Source: an uncultured delta proteobacterium
Lineage (GTDB): Bacteria; Desulfobacterota; Binatia; UBA9968
Reading direction: 5' to 3'
DNA: 64,000 nucleotides
Assembly: GCA_963840855.1 (NCBI GenBank)
Contig: CAWJBB010000040.1
Coordinates: forward strand, 263,707-327,706
Shown here: positions 1 through 9,575 of the stretch, piece by piece
Position numbering within the stretch: the first letter of the stretch is position 1
How the letters are laid out: every line of letters starts with the position of its first letter
Translations under genes and position numbers: made by a program
The notes under the pieces: generated by a model
Databases searched by the model: none
What the model was told of the DNA's origin: nothing
What the model saw: the letters and a program-made list of their open reading frames with translations, nothing else

Positions 1-507
1 CCGCCCTTGCGCGAGCGGCGCGGTGACATCCCGCTTCTGATCGGTTACTTCATCGATAAAATCAACCGCGAGATGGGCATTCAGATCTCCGGCGTCTCCC
101 TCGAAGCGCAAAAGCTCTTGGAAGATCATACCTGGCCGGGCAACGTGCGCGAGCTCGAGAACACGCTGATCCGCGCGGCGGTGCTTGCCTCCGGCCCGGT
201 CCTTTTCCCCAACGATTTTACCCTCCACAACCGCCCCGTCGCGGCCGCCGTTGAAGTGGATCAGCTTTCTCTCGAAGAGATCATCCGGCACAAGCTTGAA
301 GACTACTTCCGCCGCACCGAAGGCGTGGACGTAGACAATCTCTATTCGCTGGTCATCGAAAGAATCGAGCGCCCGCTGATCGAATTGACGCTCAAAAAAA
401 CCCGCGGCAACCAGATTCGCGCCGCGCAGATCCTCGGCATCAACCGCAACACGCTGCGCAAGAAGATCGCCGATCTCCACATCGAGCTCAAAAAAGAACA
501 CAACTGA
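1..507 (+). CDS. sigma-54-dependent transcriptional activator, C-terminal part (5' end outside window)
   Basis: ORF open to the window edge. WPGNVRELEN signature of the sigma-54 AAA+ domain, then a Fis-type HTH (RGNQIRAAQILGINRNTLRKK). Confidence 0.85.
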   Translation, partial: PPLRERRGDIPLLIGYFIDKINREMGIQISGVSLEAQKLLEDHTWPGNVRELENTLIRAAVLASGPVLFPNDFTLHNRPVAAAVEVDQLSLEEIIRHKLEDYFRRTEGVDVDNLYSLVIERIERPLIELTLKKTRGNQIRAAQILGINRNTLRKKIADLHIELKKEHN

Positions 508-514
508 CCGTTCC

Positions 515-1153
515 ATGCCGCCGCTCAACTTGCCGCCGCTCTACGCGATTCTCGACCCCGAGCACACGAAAGGACTCGATGGGATAATCGTATTGCGCCG
601 GCTGCTAGAGGGAGGCGCCGGCATCGTCCAGCTACGGGCGAAAATCATGGCGCCGGGAGATTTCCTCGTCCTCGCGCGGGAAGCGCGCGCGCCGTCCCTG
701 GCCCACGGCTGCAAGTTGATCGTCAATGACCGGATCGATATCGCGCTTGCATGTGACGCCGATGGCGTTCATCTCGGACAGGAAGACCTGCCGCTCGGCG
801 CCGCGCGAAAATTAATGGCCCAAAAGCTCATCGGCATATCGACCCACAGCGTGGAACAAGCCACAGTGGCCGAACGCGACGGCGCCGACTATATCGGCTT
901 CGGCCCGATGTTCGGCACGACGACAAAAGCGACCGGCTACTCAGCCCGCGGCGTAGACATGCTGCGCCAAATACGCCAGGCGGTAAAAATCCCCATCGTC
1001 GCCATCGGCGGCATCAAAGAGGAAAACGTCGCGCAGGTCTGGCAAGCCGGCGCCGACTCAGCGGCGATCATCAGCGATATTCTGGGGGCGGACGATATCA
1101 CCGCCAAGGTGAGGCGAATTTTGCGCCTATCCCAAGCGCGCCAGCGGCAATAG
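515..1153 (+). CDS. thiE: thiamine-phosphate synthase
   Basis: 212 aa with LYAILDP start, GADYIGFGPMFGTTTK and IVAIGGI motifs typical of ThiE. Confidence 0.85.
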   Translation: MPPLNLPPLYAILDPEHTKGLDGIIVLRRLLEGGAGIVQLRAKIMAPGDFLVLAREARAPSLAHGCKLIVNDRIDIALACDADGVHLGQEDLPLGAARKLMAQKLIGISTHSVEQATVAERDGADYIGFGPMFGTTTKATGYSARGVDMLRQIRQAVKIPIVAIGGIKEENVAQVWQAGADSAAIISDILGADDITAKVRRILRLSQARQRQ

Positions 1154-1236
1154 AAAAAATTGCGGATTTCGAAACTCGAATTTAACCGGAAAGAACCCAG
1201 CGCCGCAGAGCAGCCATCAAAGCACTAATCGTTATT

Positions 1237-1307
1237 TCACCACGGAGTTCGCGAAGTTTGGAATATTTCTTAATGAAGAAATCTTTACTCCGCGTCCTCC
1301 ACCGTGA
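1237..1307. repeat. nested palindromic REP-like element
   Basis: Outer imperfect inverted arms at 1237-1256 and 1288-1307 (14 of 20 by hand). Perfect inner hairpin atttctt-aatg-aagaaat at 1265-1282. Confidence 0.3.
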
Positions 1308-1599
1308 GTCCTGTTCCTAATCGATGGAATCAGAATGACGACGGGAAAATTTGCGCGACGTGTGAGCCAATGGAGACCCGTCACCACGTCTTGGGCAAAG
1401 AGATCGGCTATGTGAAGACTGCACGAAGAGAATTTGCAAAAAGGATTGGGGCGTGTCGTGTTGCCCTACGCTCTGGACAGAAAATATCCGAACGCGGATA
1501 ATGGGGACGGGCATTCCGCGCTGGAGTAATTACTTTATTGCGCGTTTTCCTTATAGCTCCAATGCTGGAGTGGGATAAGCAGGCAGTGTGGGAGAAACT

Positions 1600-2973
1600 A
1601 TGGAGTTTGAAAAGAAGATTCTCTGTATCGGCGCAGGCTATGTAGGCGGACCGACGATGGCGATGATCGCTGCCAAGTGCCCGCCCTACAAGATCACAGT
1701 TGTAGACATCAATCCCGCCAGAATCGCGGCGTGGAATAGCGACTCGCTTCCTATTTATGAACCTGGTTTGGATGTGTTGGTACAAAAGACTAGAGGTGTG
1801 AATCTCTTTTTCTCTACCGCAGTAGAAGCAGGGATCAGCGACGCCGACATTATTTTTGTCTCGGTGAACACGCCCACCAAAAACTTTGGCCAGGGCGCAG
1901 GCAAGGCCGCCGATCTGCAATTCTGGGAAAAGACCGCGCGTCAGATTCTCGCCCACTCCACCACCGATAAAATTGTCGTGGAGAAATCCACCCTGCCAGT
2001 CAGAACGGCAGAAGCCATGCAGCGGATTCTTAACAACACGAAAAATGTCCATTTCGAAGTAGTTTCCAACCCGGAGTTCCTGGCGGAAGGGACCGCAATT
2101 GCCGACCTGGAAAATCCCGACCGCGTCCTAATTGGCTCACAAGAAACTCCCACCGGCCTTGCCGCCCGCAAAGCCATTGTCGATATCTATGCTCACTGGG
2201 TCCCGCGGGACCGTATCCTCGAATCCAATGTGTGGAGCGCCGAGTTGTCCAAGTTGACAGCGAACGCCTTTTTGGCGCAGCGCATTTCCTCCATCAATGC
2301 TATCTCTGCCTTGTGCGAGAAAACCCAAGCTGACGTTGCTGAAGTTGCCAAAGCCATCGGCAAGGACTCGCGGATCGGCGCCAAGTTTTTACAGGCCGGT
2401 GTGGGCTTCGGCGGCTCCTGCTTCAAAAAGGACATTCTGAATCTGGTGTACATCTGCCACGGCTACGGCTTGACCGAAGTGGCGGAGTACTGGGAGTCTG
2501 TCGTCAAGATTAATGGATGGCAGGAGAATCGTTTCATTCGCACGATCCTGGAGAACATGTTCAACACGGTCGCCGGGAAGCGGATCGCGCTCTTTGGCTT
2601 TGCCTTCAAGGCCGACACTGGCGATACCCGGGAGTCACCAGCTCTTGTGATTGCTCGAGGGTTGCTGGAAGAACGCGCGCACGTGGTGATCACCGATCCA
2701 AAAGCCCTGGACCATGCCAGGCAGGACTTGCACGATGTCAAAGAAGGTCTCAGCTTTGAGGCCGACTCGTACTGCGCCGCGGAAGGTGCTCATGCGGTGG
2801 CCCTCCTCACAGACTGGAAGCTCTACCAGGATCTGGATTACCAGCGAATTCTGCGGTCCATGGAGCGTCCCGCCTTTGTTTTCGACGGCCGCAACCTTCT
2901 CGATCACAAGAAGTTGTTCGAGCTGGGCTTTAACGTGTTTGCCATCGGCAAAGCTCCGTTTAAGCATTTTTAA
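1600..2973 (+). CDS. ugd: UDP-glucose 6-dehydrogenase
   Basis: GAGYVGGPT NAD fold and catalytic GFGGSCFKKD motif. The ATG at 1600 has a GGGAGAA RBS; the ORF-track GTG at 1588 is an alternative start. Confidence 0.9.
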   Translation: MEFEKKILCIGAGYVGGPTMAMIAAKCPPYKITVVDINPARIAAWNSDSLPIYEPGLDVLVQKTRGVNLFFSTAVEAGISDADIIFVSVNTPTKNFGQGAGKAADLQFWEKTARQILAHSTTDKIVVEKSTLPVRTAEAMQRILNNTKNVHFEVVSNPEFLAEGTAIADLENPDRVLIGSQETPTGLAARKAIVDIYAHWVPRDRILESNVWSAELSKLTANAFLAQRISSINAISALCEKTQADVAEVAKAIGKDSRIGAKFLQAGVGFGGSCFKKDILNLVYICHGYGLTEVAEYWESVVKINGWQENRFIRTILENMFNTVAGKRIALFGFAFKADTGDTRESPALVIARGLLEERAHVVITDPKALDHARQDLHDVKEGLSFEADSYCAAEGAHAVALLTDWKLYQDLDYQRILRSMERPAFVFDGRNLLDHKKLFELGFNVFAIGKAPFKHF

Positions 2974-2997
2974 AGGAATCGGAGTCGGAAGGACAAG

Positions 2998-3269
2998 ATG
3001 AAATTCTACATATCCGCCAAGGTGCGGCGAATTCTGTGCCTGCCGGGAGGGTCCGAGATGCTCTTGAAATGCATCTTCGTCACGAACCGATAAAAACGAG
3101 CAGGAGCCGGATCAAGCGGTTGCGCGGCCTGGCGCGACCGCAATATCGACTTCGTGTCGGCGAGGTTCGAGTATTCTACGACGTATCAGCCGAGTCCGTT
3201 GAGGTCTTGGCTATTGTCCCCAAATCGGAGGCTGCAATATGGCTGGAGCAGTTCGGAAAGCCCGAATAA
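2998..3269 (+). CDS. RelE/ParE-family toxin, apparently frame-broken near 3040-3050
   Basis: The core YRLRVGEVRVFYDV...VEVLAIVPK lies in the 3036-3269 ORF. The expected N-terminus MKFYISAKVRRIL, with a good RBS (GGAAGGA), starts at 2998 in the adjacent frame. Confidence 0.6.
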
Positions 3270-3511
3270 AAGAAGTTTCTTTATCTGAGATCAAAGATGA
3301 TCTTTCACGGTTTCTGCGCGAGGCGGAGAAGCAGGCGATTGTCATAACTCGGCATGGAAAACCAGCGGGTGTCCTGATCGGATTCGAGTCAGAGGACGAC
3401 TGGTTTGATTACAAACTTGAGAACGATCCTCGTTTCCTTGAGCGCGTCGAACAAGCGCGAAAGAGCTTAAGAGCCGGTCGCGGTATCCGGTTAGAAGATG
3501 TGCCTAAGTAA
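3239..3511 (+). CDS. Phd/YefM-family antitoxin
   Basis: KEVSLSEIKDDLSRFLREAEKQAIVITRHGKPAGVLIGFESEDDW is a typical Phd/YefM N-terminal fold. It overlaps the toxin 3' end. Confidence 0.8.
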   Translation: MAGAVRKARIKEVSLSEIKDDLSRFLREAEKQAIVITRHGKPAGVLIGFESEDDWFDYKLENDPRFLERVEQARKSLRAGRGIRLEDVPK

Positions 3512-3792
3512 ACGGTTGCTCTAACAATGCGTTTGAGTCGGATGCTTTTCGCGCGCCGCTCAACGCTGCGTTGAGGCTGTAGGAAAAGTCCCAGATGCCA
3601 CCCGCTAGAAATTGAAGCCGATGTAAGCGACGATCTTCCAAATTGCGAATTCGTTGACCAGTTCCACAACGATCTCCTCGTGAAGCGGTTCTCTGACAGC
3701 GACAACACGGGATTTTCGAACGACTTGGAAAAAGGAACGCGCCGCGATGAGGTGCCGAAAACCGCCTCTACAGGGGTTTTTCTACATTCTCG

Positions 3793-3930
3793 TTAGGCAG
3801 CCTTGAGGCTGCGGCGAGACGGTTTGACGACGAGCCGTACACGGACACCCAGGCGGGCAAGCGTGTCGATGAGCGCGTCAGTGCTGAAGAGATCGATCCG
3901 GCCGCGAAGCAAGTCGCTCACTCGAGGCCT
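3793..3930 (-). pseudogene. 3' remnant of an XRE/HTH_37-type antitoxin-like gene
   Basis: Minus-strand translation gives RPRVSDLLRGRIDLFSTDALIDTLARLGVRVRLVVKP then stop. This matches only the last 45 or so residues of such HTH proteins, and no N-terminal HTH half lies upstream. Confidence 0.35.
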
Positions 3931-3966
3931 CGTTCTTCTGTAAACCAAAAGAGGTTCAATACTAAC

Positions 3967-4338
3967 GTGTCACGAACTCACATCTTCGCCTTTCGAGTCC
4001 TACTAACTGTGACTCTGATAGCCCTTACGCATCTCGCATTCACGCCGCAGCAATATCCCGTGCTAAAAGACATATCCGACAAAGCGAACCACATTTTTGC
4101 ATTCTATGTTTTGGCATTGTTGGTAGATTTTTCGTTTCCTAAGAATAATTTGGGATTTTCCAAGGTATTTGCGTTATTAAGCTACGGGTTATTGATTGAA
4201 GTCGTTCAGAATTTCTTACCCAATCGAACATCTTCATTGGTCGATGTGCTTGCGGATGGGGTTGGGATTGCCAGCTACAGGTTTTCTCTCCCGGTACTAA
4301 GGTATGTCCCGTTGTTTAGACGCCGTTGGGCCGCCTAA
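3967..4338 (+). CDS. VanZ-like family membrane protein
   Basis: Multi-TM 123 aa with DKANHIFAFYVLALL and DVLADGVGIASY motifs. Confidence 0.65.
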   Translation: MSRTHIFAFRVLLTVTLIALTHLAFTPQQYPVLKDISDKANHIFAFYVLALLVDFSFPKNNLGFSKVFALLSYGLLIEVVQNFLPNRTSSLVDVLADGVGIASYRFSLPVLRYVPLFRRRWAA

Positions 4339-4407
4339 CCTTGTTGACAAAAAGTTTCTCCAGAGAGAAGCTGTCCACGATAATTGCGCAGCAAAGGAAA
4401 TAATGAA

Positions 4408-5256
4408 ATGAACGATCACGACAAGCGTCTTTGCTTCCGAGAAATTTTGCATGCACCGGGAGGAGTCATGGCTCCTAGCGCGCCGGACCCCATGTTCGCG
4501 CGCTTGATCCAAGACTGTGGTTACAAGCTTTTCCACCTCGCCGGCAACGGGATGCATCGGAGCCTCGTGCTTCCCGACTGCAGCATGGTAACTATGACCG
4601 AGATGGCGGACCGAGCGGGTACAATTGCGGAAGTCCTGGATATCCCGATGCTGGTTGATGGCGAGACCGGCTATGGCGGGCCCTTGCAAACCGCGCGCGC
4701 CGTGCGCGATTTCGAGCGCGCCGGCGTCGCTGGTATCCGATTTGAAGATAGTATGTTTGGCCAAAATGGCATCGATGATGTTCGTCCTCCAGTGCCAGTC
4801 TTGGAGATGGCCGATAAGATCAAAGCGGCCGCCGACGCGCGTACCGATACGGCTTTGGTTCTGGTAGTCCGCTGCGATGCCCGGGCGGTCGAATCCCGCG
4901 AGCAAGTGCTGCAGCGGATTGGGGCGTATGTCGAGGCCGGGATTGATGCCATCGGCGTTCATCTGACGGATGCCGAGGACCACAAATGGTTCGGCGCGAC
5001 TGCGCCCGCCCCACTCATAAACCCTTGGCCGCGGGCAGGCATAGAGTCGATGGCAGAATTCTTCGCGCTGGGCTATAAAGTGGCGCTCGTAACTTCCAGC
5101 GTCTCGATGGCTGCGCTGGCCGCGGCTCGAACGATGCTGTTAGAGCTGAAGGGCACGGGGCGCCAGGACAATTACTTTGACAACATCGCCGGCTTCGATG
5201 AGGTACGCCGCTGGTACCGCGATCTAGGATTTCGCCCCACCAAGCCCTTTGAATGA
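4408..5256 (+). CDS. isocitrate lyase/PEP mutase superfamily enzyme (methylisocitrate lyase / carboxyvinyl-carboxyphosphonate phosphorylmutase-like)
   Basis: LVDGETGYGGPLQTARAVRDFERAGVAGIRFED motif. The ATG at 4408 is preceded by AAAGGAAA. Confidence 0.8.
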   Translation: MNDHDKRLCFREILHAPGGVMAPSAPDPMFARLIQDCGYKLFHLAGNGMHRSLVLPDCSMVTMTEMADRAGTIAEVLDIPMLVDGETGYGGPLQTARAVRDFERAGVAGIRFEDSMFGQNGIDDVRPPVPVLEMADKIKAAADARTDTALVLVVRCDARAVESREQVLQRIGAYVEAGIDAIGVHLTDAEDHKWFGATAPAPLINPWPRAGIESMAEFFALGYKVALVTSSVSMAALAAARTMLLELKGTGRQDNYFDNIAGFDEVRRWYRDLGFRPTKPFE

Positions 5257-5468
5257 GGAAAGTGGCATTGCGCTTGACACCCGAAGGGAGTGTCCAGCAT
5301 GGCGCACTTGATTGGGGAGAAACTTCGCTTAAGGAGGCTGCCACCATAGTTGCCGTATCGGGAGATCGAGAAACGCAAATCACGGCCTCGCGGCATGATC
5401 ACTTACCCAGAAGATTTTTCATGCATGCTTCAAATCAGTGGCTGATCGCGCCCGCTTGACTCGAGCGC

Positions 5469-6845
5469 CTAAGCTTCATCTGCCTCTCCGTACCCGTACT
5501 CATCCCGTTCGGTATAGTTCTCAAAGCGGGTGTATTCGCCCAGGAAGGTCAGTTTGACCGTGTCGGTGGGACCGTTTCGTTGCTTGGCGACGATGACTTC
5601 GGCGACGCCTTTCTTGCTGTCGTCATTTTTGTTGTAGACCTCGTCGCGGTAAATGAACATGATGACGTCGGCGTCCTGTTCGATGGCCCCGGATTCGCGC
5701 AAATCCGACATTTGCGGGCGGCGGTCGCCGCGGTCTTCGACGCGGCGGTTGAGCTGCGATAGCGCGATGATCGGCACGCTCAATTCTTTGGCCAGCGCTT
5801 TGAGGGAGCGCGAAATTTCGGAAATCTCCTGTTCGCGGTTGGAGGCCGTTCCCATACCGCGCATCAGCTGCAAATAATCGACGACCACGACACCGATTTT
5901 CTTTGACCGGTCGCGGACCAGGCGGCGCGCCTTGGCGCGTAGTTCGAGCACCGAAATTGCCGGCGTATCGTCGATGTAGATCGGCGCGTCGTGCAGCTTC
6001 CCGGCCGCTTTGGCGAGCAGCGGGAAATCCCGCTCTCCTAGATAACCGGAACGCACTTTTGAGCTATTGACGCGCGCCTCGGAACAAAGCATGCGCAGCA
6101 CCAACTGCTCCTTGGCCATTTCCAGAGAAAAAATCGCCGCGCCGGTACCGTTGAACGCTGCGTGGGCCGCAACGTTGAGAGCGAACGCGGTTTTACCCAT
6201 GCCGGGCCGTCCGGCGACGATGATCAAGTCCGACGGCTGAAGCCCGGCGGTGAGCTTGTCCAGGTCCTCGTAGCCGGTGGAAACGCCGGTGATCATCTCT
6301 TTGCGCTCGTAGAGCTTCTCGACGGTCTTCAGCGTGTCCTTGATCATTTCGCCGACGGAAACAAAGGACGCCTTTATCTTCTTTTCCGAGATTTCGAAGA
6401 TCACCTTTTCGGCGCTGTCGAGAAATTCTTCGACGTTGCCCTGCTCTTCGTATCCCCTGGTGGCGATCGCCGTCGCGCAGGTAATCAGGCTGCGCAAGAT
6501 CGCCTTTTCGCGAACGATGCGGGCGTAGAAAGCGATGTTGGCCGCAGTGGGCACGAAATCGGCCAGCGACACCAGATAGGCGGTGCCGCCCACGGCCTCC
6601 AACTCGCTGCGGCCCTTGAGGCACTCGCTCAAGGTTATGACATCCGCCGGCTCGCTGCGGTCGGAGAGCTCGATCATGGCGCGAAAAATCTTTCGATGCG
6701 ACTCGCGGTAAAAATCCTCCGGGCGCAAAAGCTCCAAAACGACGTTGATCGCATCGTTCTCAAGCAGGATGCCGCCCAGCACGGAGGATTCCGCTTCGAG
6801 GTTTTGTGGCGGGATTTTGCGGAGATTGTCTTCAAGAGTTGCCAT
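5469..6845 (-). CDS. dnaB: replicative DNA helicase
   Basis: 458 aa, N-terminal PPQNLEAESSVLGG, Walker A GRPGMGKT, no intein-sized insertion. Confidence 0.95.
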   Translation of the reverse strand: MATLEDNLRKIPPQNLEAESSVLGGILLENDAINVVLELLRPEDFYRESHRKIFRAMIELSDRSEPADVITLSECLKGRSELEAVGGTAYLVSLADFVPTAANIAFYARIVREKAILRSLITCATAIATRGYEEQGNVEEFLDSAEKVIFEISEKKIKASFVSVGEMIKDTLKTVEKLYERKEMITGVSTGYEDLDKLTAGLQPSDLIIVAGRPGMGKTAFALNVAAHAAFNGTGAAIFSLEMAKEQLVLRMLCSEARVNSSKVRSGYLGERDFPLLAKAAGKLHDAPIYIDDTPAISVLELRAKARRLVRDRSKKIGVVVVDYLQLMRGMGTASNREQEISEISRSLKALAKELSVPIIALSQLNRRVEDRGDRRPQMSDLRESGAIEQDADVIMFIYRDEVYNKNDDSKKGVAEVIVAKQRNGPTDTVKLTFLGEYTRFENYTERDEYGYGEADEA

Positions 6846-7206
6846 GGGTCAAGGTGCCGCCATCGATCACATGGTTCGAGCTAGATACGTATAATGCCCG
6901 AGCCGATGTTTTAGTTGCAAATCTTTGCACCCATTGCGAACTAAAATCAATAGAATTGTTCGCCGAATCGGTCGATTTTTCATGAGTTTCGGCGGCGAAG
7001 GTTGCTGTTGATAAACTCTAAAATGCGAAAACTCTTTGGCCCGCGCGGACTTTCCCCGATCCGGCCACTGTTCGTGCACAACTTATTCACAGATTAATAG
7101 ACCTTTGACGCGGCAGGGATTGAAAAATGTTAGCCGCTGCATTCATACCTCATGCGTTTGCCGACCGGCACCGAGAGCAATGCTTCAATTCGCCGCCGCA
7201 CCAGGA

Positions 7207-7557
7207 CTACGGATACATCGCGGTGACCGTCGTATGAATGCCGCCGCGGACGTTAAAGTCGCCGACGACGGTCATCGACTTGGGCCGGATGGCCCGCACC
7301 AGGTCATCGAGAATTTGATTGACCACCGCCTCGTGAAACGCTCCTTCGTTACGATAGGACCAGAGGTAGAGCTTGAGCGACTTGAGCTCGACGCAGAGTT
7401 CCGCGGGCACGTAGCGGACGTGGATGTTGGCGAAGTCCGGTTGTCCCGTCCGCGGGCATACGCAGGTAAACTCGGGACATTCCATGTTGATCTCGTAATC
7501 GCGCTGCGGGCGCGGATTAGAAAAAGTTTCGAGAATCTTGCTCGGCTCAGTCGCCAT
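7207..7557 (-). CDS. queF: NADPH-dependent 7-cyano-7-deazaguanine reductase
   Basis: [16 protein letters not shown] and [12 protein letters not shown] motifs of type I QueF. Confidence 0.9.
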   Translation of the reverse strand: MATEPSKILETFSNPRPQRDYEINMECPEFTCVCPRTGQPDFANIHVRYVPAELCVELKSLKLYLWSYRNEGAFHEAVVNQILDDLVRAIRPKSMTVVGDFNVRGGIHTTVTAMYP

Positions 7558-7686
7558 GAAGCGATCTTAACGCAGTGCGAACTTAATTCCAACGCGCGCT
7601 CGCTAACTTGACAAGGATAAGGGGCGATGATAGCCGGTCGAAGTAACCAAAGCTCGCGACTGCATTTGCCATTTCGGAGGAACAAC

Positions 7687-8481
7687 ATGAGCAAACCCAA
7701 GGAGCCAAGAGCGGGAGAACGTCTCACCGAACAAGAAGCCCAAGCCTACGTGGACTATCTCTATTCGACGCTTTACAAATACGCCCACGAGAAAATCCAC
7801 AAAGGCACCTTCATGACGCAGCTGCGCGACGGGAAACTGCCGATGCCGGCGATGCGGCAGTTTTTTAAGAACTGGGGCCATTTCTCGCTGGAGGTCAACG
7901 CCCTCAATGCGGTGTCTTACTACACTCATCTGCCGTTTTTCGTCCGCCACTTCGACCTTCTGGGACCGTTCTGCGCCAAGATCGCCGACGAATTGATTTC
8001 CCCAAGGGCTCCCGGGCACGTGTTAGTTCTGCTCCAGACCGCCGAGAAAATGGGCCTCGACAAAAAAGAGATGCTGGAAGATCCCTATCTGCCCGCGGCG
8101 CGCGCTATCAATGACTTCTGCCATAAAATTTTCATCGACGGCTCCATCGTCGAACTCTGGGGGCTCCATGTCTTCGAAGAATCACTGTCGATGTGGTCGG
8201 GCCAGTGGTATACGGCACTGACGACACACTACGGCTTTAGCAAGCAAGATGCGGTTTATTTTTCCATCCACGAAGAAGCGGATATGGATACGCACAAGAT
8301 CGGCGAGAGCGGCGAGGAGGCGATGGGCCACGGCGCCTTTAACCGCACGGTGCTTACCCGGGCATTGCAGGAGAGCGTTGAGTTTCGCGCCGGCTATTCG
8401 ATGGAATATTGCGCGCTGACCATGGTCGATCTCCACGCGCAGATGAAACAAGCCGCCCTCGACAATCCCTACGTTCCGTAA
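7687..8481 (+). CDS. TenA/PqqC-like (haem-oxygenase-fold) iron-containing redox enzyme family protein
   Basis: All-helical 264 aa with HEEADMDTH-type acidic/His motifs. Family call is tentative. The ATG at 7687 is chosen over the upstream ORF-track start. Confidence 0.5.
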   Translation: MSKPKEPRAGERLTEQEAQAYVDYLYSTLYKYAHEKIHKGTFMTQLRDGKLPMPAMRQFFKNWGHFSLEVNALNAVSYYTHLPFFVRHFDLLGPFCAKIADELISPRAPGHVLVLLQTAEKMGLDKKEMLEDPYLPAARAINDFCHKIFIDGSIVELWGLHVFEESLSMWSGQWYTALTTHYGFSKQDAVYFSIHEEADMDTHKIGESGEEAMGHGAFNRTVLTRALQESVEFRAGYSMEYCALTMVDLHAQMKQAALDNPYVP

Positions 8482-8523
8482 TTGTCTCATTTCATCGACA
8501 TCGCCGGCGGTTCAATACGCACC

Positions 8524-8553
8524 TTGACTAGCAAGTTCTTATAAACCTACAAT
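8524..8553 (+). promoter_or_regulatory. putative sigma-70 promoter for mobA-moaD/aor
   Basis: TTGACT, 18 nt spacer, TACAAT, about 87 nt upstream of the 8640 ATG. Confidence 0.3.
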
Positions 8554-8639
8554 CTTAGACCAAGGTCGGCCATTGGGAACGCCGTCGCGGAGGAGACCGA
8601 TCACAACTGGTCCTTTGCGCCTGGCCGGAAAGCCGAGAG

Positions 8640-9572
8640 ATGGATAGTCATCAGCCGATCACCAAAGCTAGCGCTGTGATCTTAACCGGCGGCAAGAGCT
8701 CGCGCATGGGCCGGCCCAAGGCCCTGCTCCCCTTTAACGGCGAGCCGCTCATCGCTTATATCGTGCGGGCGTTGCAACATCTTTTTTCGGATATCGTCGT
8801 CGTCGCAGCGCCCGAACAGGAACTGCCCCAACTGCCGGCGACCTTGGTGCGCGATGAAGTACCGTTTCAGGGACCCGTGGGCGGCATTTATTACGGGCTC
8901 AAGGCCGCCGGCGAGGAGTATTGCTTCGTGACGTCCTGCGATGTCGCCTTCCTCAATTTTTCCTTGATTTCGAATCTGCTATCGCAAATCTCGGATTACG
9001 ACGTGGTGGTACCGTATTGGGAGAACCGTTTTCAGCCGCTGCACGCGGTCTATCGGAGAAGCGTGCTGCCGCTCCTTAAAGAGCAGCTTGAGCGCGGTGA
9101 GTTGCGGCCGATTTTTCTCTATGACAAGGTACGGACATATAAAGTCGGCGAGGAGGAAATCCGTCGTTTCGATCCTGAGGGTTTGAGTTTTCTCAATATG
9201 AACACGCCGGAAGATTACCAGTCGGCACTTAAACGATGGCGGGAAGCGAGACACGGAGAGAGCGAAACCGCTTTTCGCCCGGTCCCTGATCTCGTCTCCG
9301 TCACCGTCGAACTTTTTGGTGTGGCCCGCTTGCTTACGAAGACCAGATCGGTTTCTCTATCACTGCCGCAAGAAGCTAGTCTCGCCGACGTGCTTACTGC
9401 CCTTGCGGCAAGACTGCCGGTCTTGGTCGGGCGGGTTATCAATTCCGACGGCGCGGCTCTCGTTAGTGGCTACGCCTGCAATATCAACGGCTTGAACTTT
9501 ATTCGCAGCGCGAGCGCTAAAATTAATCCGGGTGACAAGATTTTCATACTCTCTGCGGACGCGGGAGGCTGA
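8640..9572 (+). CDS. mobA: molybdenum cofactor guanylyltransferase fused to a MoaD/ThiS-like ubiquitin-fold domain ending in GG
   Basis: N-terminus VILTGGKSSRMGRPKALLPF is the MobA fold. The C-terminal 90 or so aa (VTVELFGVARLL...INPGDKIFILSADAGG then stop) has the MoaD beta-grasp pattern with a terminal Gly-Gly. Confidence 0.75.
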   Translation: MDSHQPITKASAVILTGGKSSRMGRPKALLPFNGEPLIAYIVRALQHLFSDIVVVAAPEQELPQLPATLVRDEVPFQGPVGGIYYGLKAAGEEYCFVTSCDVAFLNFSLISNLLSQISDYDVVVPYWENRFQPLHAVYRRSVLPLLKEQLERGELRPIFLYDKVRTYKVGEEEIRRFDPEGLSFLNMNTPEDYQSALKRWREARHGESETAFRPVPDLVSVTVELFGVARLLTKTRSVSLSLPQEASLADVLTALAARLPVLVGRVINSDGAALVSGYACNINGLNFIRSASAKINPGDKIFILSADAGG

Positions 9573-9575
9573 GCG

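Noticed and set aside
7083-7091. DnaA-box-like TTATTCACA near dnaB.
   Set aside because: A single box with no cluster, AT-rich unwinding element or dnaA/dnaN context, so it is not evidence for an origin.
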